NCBI GenBank assembly: GCA_951406725.2
Contig: OX597817.1
Coordinates: 65,906,001 to 65,970,000 of the forward strand
DNA: 64,000 bases
Direction: 5' to 3'
From: Octopus vulgaris
Taxonomy: Eukaryota
The position numbers and the translations under genes were made by a program. Below are positions 55,109 to 64,000 of the stretch, in pieces; the stretch's first letter is position 1, and each line of letters begins with the position of its first letter. The notes beneath the pieces were generated by a model, which had not been told where the DNA came from, did no database searches, and was given only the letters and a program-made list of their open reading frames with translations.

Positions 55109-55702
55109 TGATAGATTGATAGATTGATAGATAGATATGTAGGTAGGTAGGTAGGTAGGTAGGTAGGTAGGTAGGTAGGCAGGTAGGTTGGTAGGTTGGT
55201 AGGTAGGCAGGTAGGTTGGTAGGTTGGTAGGTAGACAGGTAGGTAGGTAGGTAGGTAGGTAGGTAGGTAGGTAGGTAGGTAGGTAAATATAAAGACATAG
55301 ATAGAGACATGCATACATACACACGCGCGCGTATAAAACACAGTGCGTCATTAAAGTACATTTCAAGTGAAATATGTACTCACACATAAAGCATATCAGA
55401 CAATTTTCATGAATATACACAGTTGCTTAACCAAGTAATTTACGTACTTTTCTCTCGGTTTGTATTTCATATAGATGGAGATATCTTGAATCGCTGGAGA
55501 AGTAAAGCCGTCGGCGAAGCAAGATACCTCGATCCGTATAGAATTAAAATATAGAGAATAGTTTTAAGCCGCTTGGTTTTGAAGTTGCTGTATAAATTTA
55601 ATACAATTGTCACACATATTTCTAAGTACATACTATCACTTAATATGCACTTAAGTAACACACTAATTTCATGTCTTTTATAACATTTGCGAAATATAAA
55701 AA

Positions 55703-55748
<46 letters not shown>

Positions 55749-55798
55749 CGTGCACTTGGACAACAGCGTATGTATGAATGAATGAATGAATGAATGAA

Positions 55799-55842
<44 letters not shown>

Positions 55843-55936
55843 CGTGCACTTGGACATCAGCGTATGTATGAATGAATGAATGAATTAATGAATGTTGGTG
55901 TGTGTGTGTGTTGTGTGTGTGTGTGCGCGCGTGTAT

Positions 55937-56022
<86 letters not shown>

Positions 56023-56331
56023 TGTAGGTAGGTAGGTAGGTACCTGTGTGTGTGTGTGTGTGTGTGTTCAGGAATCGAAAAGAGGAGGGGTTAGATGTAA
56101 GAGATAGTGAGGGGAAGAGGTACAGCCGGTTGGACGGAGTGAAGAGAACAAGTAACAAAAACGAAGAGATGGCGGTACCAATGGAACATTGGAAGAAGAA
56201 ACGAAGAAGAGAGAGAGGGGGGGAACAATGGAAGAAGGAAGAAGAAACGAAGAGAGAGAGAGGGGGGAGAACAGAGACATTGATAAATACAAAGATTGAT
56301 ACACTGAAGCGACGACACAATGTACAACATG

Positions 56332-56520
56332 AGAAGAAGAAGAAGAAGAAGAAGAAGAAGAAGAAGAAGAAGAAGAAGAAGAAGAAGAAGAAGAAGAAGA
56401 AGAAGAAGAAGAAGAAGAAGAAGAAGAAGAAGAAGAAGAAGAAGAAGAAGAAGAAGAAGAAGAAGAAGAAGAAGAAGAAGAAGAAGAAGAAGAAGAAGAA
56501 GAAGAAGAAGAAGAAGAAGA
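56332..56520. repeat. Pure (AAG)n tract, about 63 units
   Basis: Direct reading. Confidence 0.95.
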
Positions 56521-56946
56521 GACGATGATGAAGAGACGTGAACAATAGAAAGAGTGAAAGGGATAGTGAGGGGAAAAAGTGAGAAAGAGAGCAGACGACA
56601 TGTCATACGACCAAGAGCTAACAGAGTTTTTCCGATTGATTATATTTTAGTCTATCTATATCGATCATCAGATGGTTTGACATATCACATTTGCAAAGTT
56701 TCCTTCGTATTCTGGCAGAAGAAAATGAAAAACGCCTTTCTTTGCTTTTTTTTTTTTTTTTTTTTTTTTACAAGACTCCCAAGTTCTGCATGAGAAGCGA
56801 GCAGGGAAACTCAGAAAACTTATTTGCTTTAGATGTAGCACAAGAAAATTTGAAGATCTAGTCTTCAGCACTAAGTTTTTTCTGATAATAACAATACATA
56901 CGTAGAGGAATAAATGTGGATGTGTCTGTATGTATATGACTCAGTA

Positions 56947-57161
56947 CGAGGGATGCTGAAAAGTTCCTGGCATTGAGGGTGTCGAGAAAGGCCTGGCTGG
57001 AGATCAAACCTTCGGAGTTCTTTTACAGGGCTTAGAAAAGCTGAAGGACCGCTGCCATAAATGTGTGAATCTGAGAGGGGAATTTCTTGAATAAAATCAT
57101 AATTAACTGATACTCCTGTATTATCTTTTTCCCGAAGGCAGGAACTTTGCTGCGTCCCTCG
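56947..57161. mobile_element. 215-bp mariner MITE
   Basis: TA|cgagggatgctgaaaagttcctg ... caggaactttgctgcgtccctcg|TA; retains GLEKLKDRCHKCVNLRGEF transposase tail. Confidence 0.85.
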
Positions 57162-57475
57162 TATGTTCATATACGTGAGCACGCCGCATGTGTGGGGGCG
57201 TATCTGCAAGAAATAGGTAGAGAGAGATAAAGAAAGAGATAGAAAGATAGAGAGAGAAGACAGGAAAATAGAGAGAAGAGAGAGGGGGAATATGACAATA
57301 GAAGGTTGAATAGATATAATAAACTGGCTTGTAGTATAAACATTTTGTTGCTAAAGATCAATCGACTCCCTCACCTCATGCCTCCCCATTCACTTATGCA
57401 TATACATACATAAATACATACATACACCCATAAATTATACACGCACACACACACATATATATATATGTATGTATG

Positions 57476-57534
<59 letters not shown>

Positions 57535-59368
57535 ATATATATACGTACATACATACAAACATATTTATATACATACATACACGCGCGCGCACACAGACAC
57601 ACACACGTTTCGGAGTTTTCTTTTTTATTATTCATTAGAATTAATCAGTTAAGCTGATTTTTTTTCCTTTTCACTGTTGCGAGAGTAATTTCGATTCATT
57701 AAGCATTTATTTGGTTGACTGCATTAAATATGTTATCTCCACTTAAATAGATGCCTACTTGGTTACTTAAACATTATATACCAAGCTTTAGATAAGGTAT
57801 TTAAACCGATTCCTCTGAAACCATTGAGACCATCTAAGCAGAGACAATAACTGATGAGTTGACAGATGGCAAAAGGTTGTGTGAGAATCTGTCGAACAAC
57901 TTTTTACTAATAAATACGTGTTGTCTGAATTTTTTTTTGTTAATGCAAAAAAAACATTGACAGCATAGCATCTAAGTCTGAAGGTGCCTAACTAGTTCTC
58001 ACACATTGATTTCTTGAGTTATTGTATTTGGTAAGAGTACTTTCTAACTCGGTTGCTGACATTGAAATACTTCCAAAGACATAGCAACCATCTGTCTCCT
58101 TGTAAATGAACGCGCGACTATTGTTTCTGGCGCTACGACTCGTGTGAAATTAATATTCCAATGATTCACTGTTTGTGCTTATGACTATTTTGATATCAAA
58201 CCTATTCTCATTTCTTCCGTATAAGGCCAGGTCAACGATACATGAAACACCTGATTACTCTATGTCTATTTTTCTTTTCTTTTTTTTTTGCGATCTGAAA
58301 TTCTGAATTTACTATCTCAATTATGGTGTGAAACAGTTGGATTTAATAGCATTTTCAAATGATATAAGGCTGGAATTTAACCAAGAAAGATTTTAATACA
58401 AGATAGCTGATCATAAGAAATTTCTTACTTTTCTCCCCTCTCTCCATCTCCCTTCTCTCTTTCTCTCTCACTCACCCTATCTCATGCTCTGTCTATGTAC
58501 CTCTTTCTGTTACTCTGTTTTCTTTCTCTCTCTCTCTCGCTCCCCTTTAACACAATGTGTGCTACCAGAGAATTCTGGAAAATATACTGTTGGTGTGAAC
58601 AAAGAACAACTGCAGATAATACATTGGGGTTCAAAAAAACACATATTAGTCGGAGCTCTCATCTTGCAACAATATCTCACGATGTATTTTTAATACCACT
58701 ACCCTTATTAACATTAAGATACTTGACTGGACTATAGAGTAATCCAATCCCTTTAATAGCAAAACCTACACGATTCTATATATCAACTGAAAGCTTCAAC
58801 AAAAATAATGATATTAAAGGCTCCATCTCAGATGGGAAGTGGTTTAAATACTCAAGAAAATTTTAGACAGGCTCTGAAAGACGTATGATATCACTTTGCT
58901 TTAATCTGCTAAACGATATCAGCAAAATATATACTTCCACTAAGTACTCAAAAGTGACGAGAGCAACATCTTACAGATGGAGAGTGAGCTTGCCCAAGAA
59001 CAAAACTATTTAATACTTGAATATTTGCCGTACGACTCCAGAACTGCTGGACATATGTAACTCAGCAATGACCAGGAAACATTTTACATAACCTGTTACA
59101 AAAAAAAAAAAAAAAAAAGAGATAATCCTTTATACTAAAGGCACAAGATATGGAATTTTGAGGGAGAAGAATGAGAAACAACATTGGCTCCAGTGCTCTA
59201 ATGGTACTTATTTTATCGACCCCGAAAGGTTGAAAGGCAAAGTAGGCCTCGGAGGAATTTGAACTCAGAACGTAAAGGCAGACGAATTATATACATGGTA
59301 TACAATTAAGCATATTATGCATACATATAGTATTCATCAGTTTAAAAAAGGGAATGAAGATTATCATA

Positions 59369-59415
<47 letters not shown>

Positions 59416-59437
59416 AATAATAATAATAATAATAATG

Positions 59438-59497
<60 letters not shown>

Positions 59498-59499
59498 TT

Positions 59500-60700
59500 C
59501 CATTATGTTTCGCGAAACTTTAGAACAATGCTTTGACAAAGAGTGTAGACATTTTTGCACAGGAGATTATTACAGCATCATGTATTTCAAAGATTGTGTG
59601 TTCGTAATCCAAGAGGAAGAGATAGCTACAAAACACGTGTTTAACAAAAAACAATGACATTTCTATACTCACAAGATATAAGCAAAATATCGATAATGTT
59701 ATACATTGACTTTACCAAGATTTGGACTCGGAATTATCAATTATTAAAATGGATTCGACATTAACCTTCCAATTTTCGGAAAAAAAATTAAAGTAAATGT
59801 TAACGGAAATCTTCCGAATTTTTCGCAAGCCCTTGATAACAAAAGTATTAATCTATTATTCATCACTAACTACATTAACAACTACTCCAAATTTTCAAAA
59901 AGATGTTACCTTCTTCCATGGCATGATGCTGTTGGTAAACTACTTTCTACCAAAGATTTTTACCTAGTGTTCAGTACATTAGCATGTTGCAACTCAAGAA
60001 ATATCGGTGAAACATTCCCATTAGAACTTCTGCCAAATGCAAATACGAGACTGATATTGCCGTTTTAGATCAAAATCATAAATCATAGGCAGTTATAGGG
60101 TTCAAATGTCAAGCAGATATAAGCATATCATTAAACATCTGTAAGAAAGAAATATTTATTATCAAGTGCTTCGAAACTTACTACTGCTTTAACCAGATTA
60201 TAAATCTACATTTCTACCTATAAATCCAACAGTCTTTGAATGTTGTATCATAACTCTTCGACAGCGCGTGTTAACTGACCGTCAAGCGTCAAAGTACATA
60301 TATGAATCATGTCTGTATAAGATAATACAAATAGTTTCATGTGAGTTTGAAAGAAATTCCCGGAAACTATTCCTTGATTAATTACCAGAGATGCACAGCC
60401 AAGAAATTTGCTCACTTCTGCTGCAGCAAAACGTCAAATGAAAGGTTTTCTGTTTATCAGCAGAAAATCATATATGACTATAATTAGAAATCTTCAAAGG
60501 GATAAGAACATAAATAACCAGAGAAGAATATCATGGATTTAAAAAATAACAACTTTATATTAGCTCTCACTTCAAAGTATGTTTTTTGCAATCCAAGAAC
60601 AGGAAATAAGAAAATACCTGATGCACTAAAGGGATATGGAGGTTTGTGAAAAACTTTAATATAACAACTGTGATTAATACTGCAGATGTTACCCATATCA
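59500..60700 (+). mobile_element. Very old CR1/L2-like LINE remnant
   Basis: MLYIDFTK (cf. YLDFSKAFD), LLKWIRH..KVNVNGNL; heavily decayed. Confidence 0.45.
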
Positions 60701-62119
60701 TAAGCAGCTATCTGAAAATGCTATTAGTATATTATTAATGAAGCATATGGCCAAAACGCTATACAATGAAATTCAAATAACTTCTGCCTTTGATTTTGGG
60801 GAGGGAGTGCACTTGGTTATATAACTTATAGCCTCAGCACCAGTCTGGAGAAGTTGGGCTTCATTATTCTTATCAGTCATTAATAGAACTACAAAAATAT
60901 GTAAATCATTGCAGAAATTTAGCATCTTGTACGTAAACACATCTATAGGCACGCAAATATAAATGTTAAATTAAAGCTATATATTTAAGCAAGGTTAAGT
61001 CTAACAAAAGAATATTCACTGATGACAGGTTGAATACAGAAAGTAGAGTCAAGTTTATTATAAAATATTTTGAATGACGCTTTAAATTTCCACAAGATTG
61101 GTTGGATTAACCATCAGGCGAAACTTAAAGCCGCAGCTAAAACGAAAACCATACAATTATACCTATATGCGCATATGCATATGTCAAAATGTGCAGATTC
61201 ACACAAGCAATCATATGCATACAAGGATACATAATCATACGTGTATGATTAGGGTTAGGGTTAGGTATGTATACATACATGCATACATACATACATACAG
61301 ACAGACAGACAGACATACAGACAGACAGACAGACGGACAGACGGACATAAATACATAGGTACGTAGATATGTGGCTACCTTATTGACGCCGTCTAAAATC
61401 CAATGAAAGACACTTTTTTACTATATTGAACACCAACTCCTCTTCATGGCTGAGGATTTGAGCAATAAAACCAGAAAATAGAGTAGACATGTCAAACAGA
61501 CAGACAGACAGACAGATAAGCAGGCAGGCTGACAGGCAGACTGAAAGGGGCACAGAAAGAGCAAGAAAGGGAATTAAGCTTTGTTAGGTTAGTAATGAAT
61601 AATAGATAGGGCGGTTAACTTTAATGTGATGCAGACTACTTTGCACAGATTAGTGATTACATTGGTTAATCTATCTATTTAGTCCTACTAATCCAGGTGT
61701 ATATGCAGGGAAGATTCTTGTGCATGCAGTGTATGTGTGTGTGGGTGGGGGGCGTGTGTGTGTGAAGAAAAATGGAATTACATATCCACATGTGCCTACC
61801 TGTACAAATACTACATTTCTTTATTGCTGAGAAATTTGCGAAACTACATCAGAAAATGCATACGCATACACATACGTATATACATACCTGCACACATACA
61901 TAGATGCATACACACATACACACATACAGACAGACATATACCATGGTAGAAATAAAGACTAACAGTAAAATAAAGGGAGTTAAGCTTTATTAGGTTTGGT
62001 GTGAATATTGCAAACGGTAGTTGATTTAATCTGTTGTAGTGAACACATAACACAGATTAATAGACTAATCTATTAATTTAGTCCTAGTTAATACTGGTGT
62101 ATTGCAAATATCTGTGCAT

Positions 62120-62179
62120 GAATGTGTGTGTGTGTGTGTAACAGCGCGTGTGAGAGTGTGTTTGCATGTGTACGTATAC

Positions 62180-62220
<41 letters not shown>

Positions 62221-62600
62221 CATACGTACGCACGTACATACATACATACACATACATACATACATACATACATACATACATACATACATACATACATACA
62301 TACATACATACATGCATGCATACATACATACATACATACATACATACATACATACATACATACACACATACACACATGCATGCATGCATACATACATACA
62401 TACATACATACGTACATACATACATGCATGCATGCATGCATGCATGCATGCATACATACATACATACATACATACATACATACATACATGCATACATGCA
62501 TACATACATACATACATACATACATACATACATACATACATACATACATGCATGCATACATACATACATACATACATACATACATACATACATACATACA

Positions 62601-62632
<32 letters not shown>

Positions 62633-64000
62633 GTTGTCCATAAATCTCGAACTGATGCACACTCAACATGATAGACCGGATAACCAGTGATATATTATTT
62701 GACGATATAGAAATATATATGCATGTACATGGTGCATATGTGTGTATATATATGCATACATGCATGCACATTCACACACACTCGCAAAACACACACACTC
62801 ACACACACAAACACACGTTCATACATTCACACACGCGTATTACACATAAGTGTACGTGTCTTTGATAAATAATTCTGCATTCATCGCAATAAAACAGCAG
62901 TGTGTCAACGAAGAAACTTCTGCAGCCAAATCTTGTTCTGATTATATTGGAATGTGTCTAAAAAAAAAAACGTCCAAACCATGAATAGTTATTGCAACAA
63001 TACCTTTGATTATAGATCGGCTTGATCAGAAGCTGATCTGGTGTAGTCTTACAACAACACGGTGAACAACAAGCTGAGACTGATGAAATTGATAATGTTG
63101 GTGGTATTTATGACAATGACAAGATACGACGATGGCGATGACGAAGATATGGTGGTGGTGGTGGCGGGTGGTGGTGGTGGTGGTGGTGGTGGAGGAAGAG
63201 GAGGAAGAAGAGGGGGAAGAAGAAGAAGAAGAAGAGGAGGAGGTGGAAGGGAGGAGGAGGTGGACGATGATGATGACGATGACAACGACGACGACGACGA
63301 CGATAACGGTGATGATGATTATGATGATGATGATGATGATTATTATTATTATTATGATGATGATGATGACTGCTTCGGCATGTTTTTAATTTTTTCAAAT
63401 TGATCTAGAGGAAATTCACCATTATTTATTTATGGGTCAAGGAACGTCCTGTCTCTCTTGCTACCATCGCCAGCACTATCGTCAACGCCAACACTAACTC
63501 AATTACTATCACTCCTTTTGTTTCTATTTCTTCCTCTCCTTCTCCCTCTTTCTCTCTCTCTCTCTCTTTTCTCTCTCTGTCTTCTTATCTATTTATCTAT
63601 CTCTTACGCAGTCTCTTCCTCCACCTCCTTTTCCTAACTCCCACCACAGCTGCTCTCTACATTACCACCATCATCCCCACCACTATCATCGCCACCACTG
63701 CTTCAACGATCACTACTACCACCACCATTACTCCACGAAAGGAAAAGTGCCACCACTCTTACCACCACCACCACCACCATCATCACCACCACCACCACTA
63801 CCTCTACACTCATCACAATTGTCATCCTCACACTACCACCATCACTACCATAACTTTCACCCTCTCTCTCTTTTCTCCTTCTCGTCGTCCCTTTTCCTCT
63901 TTACCCTCTCCACCTCTGTTTCCACCATTACCATTATCATCATCATCATCATCATCAACACCATCATCTTCATCATCATCATCATCATCATTGTCATCAC
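62120..64000. repeat. Microsatellite and low-complexity terminal region
   Basis: (TACA)n/(TGCA)n, (GGT)n, (GAT)n, (CAC)n and (CAT)n arrays. Confidence 0.9.

Noticed and set aside
61249-61265. Interstitial telomeric (TTAGGG) repeat
   Set aside because: Fewer than three full units; not distinguishable from chance.

Overview
AT-rich, microsatellite-saturated eukaryotic DNA, almost certainly from an octopus (inferred from the SINE families and repeat landscape). There is no intact protein-coding gene, and nearly all ORFs in the supplied track are microsatellite artefacts. The window is a graveyard of transposable elements: several R4/Dong-like REL-endonuclease LINEs in (TAA/TGA)n arrays, a Hero-like LINE, RTE, CR1/L2 and Tx1-like remnants, a Gypsy remnant with LTR and a 43-bp hairpin array, two mariner pseudo-elements, mariner MITEs, a non-autonomous Helitron, many tRNA-derived SINEs, and several Penelope-like element (PLE) pieces. 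One 59-nt candidate host exon lies at 50957-51015. The main non-obvious content is RNA structure: at least 7 recognisable type I hammerhead ribozyme (HHR) motifs plus decayed relics sit in PLE-type terminal repeats. Two further copies (16072-16133 and 18954-19015, minus strand) contain a complete hammerhead core whose three strands are joined in a non-circularly-permuted order fitting none of types I/II/III, so all three helices cross as pseudoknots. All calls were made by eye; no folding or database search was run.
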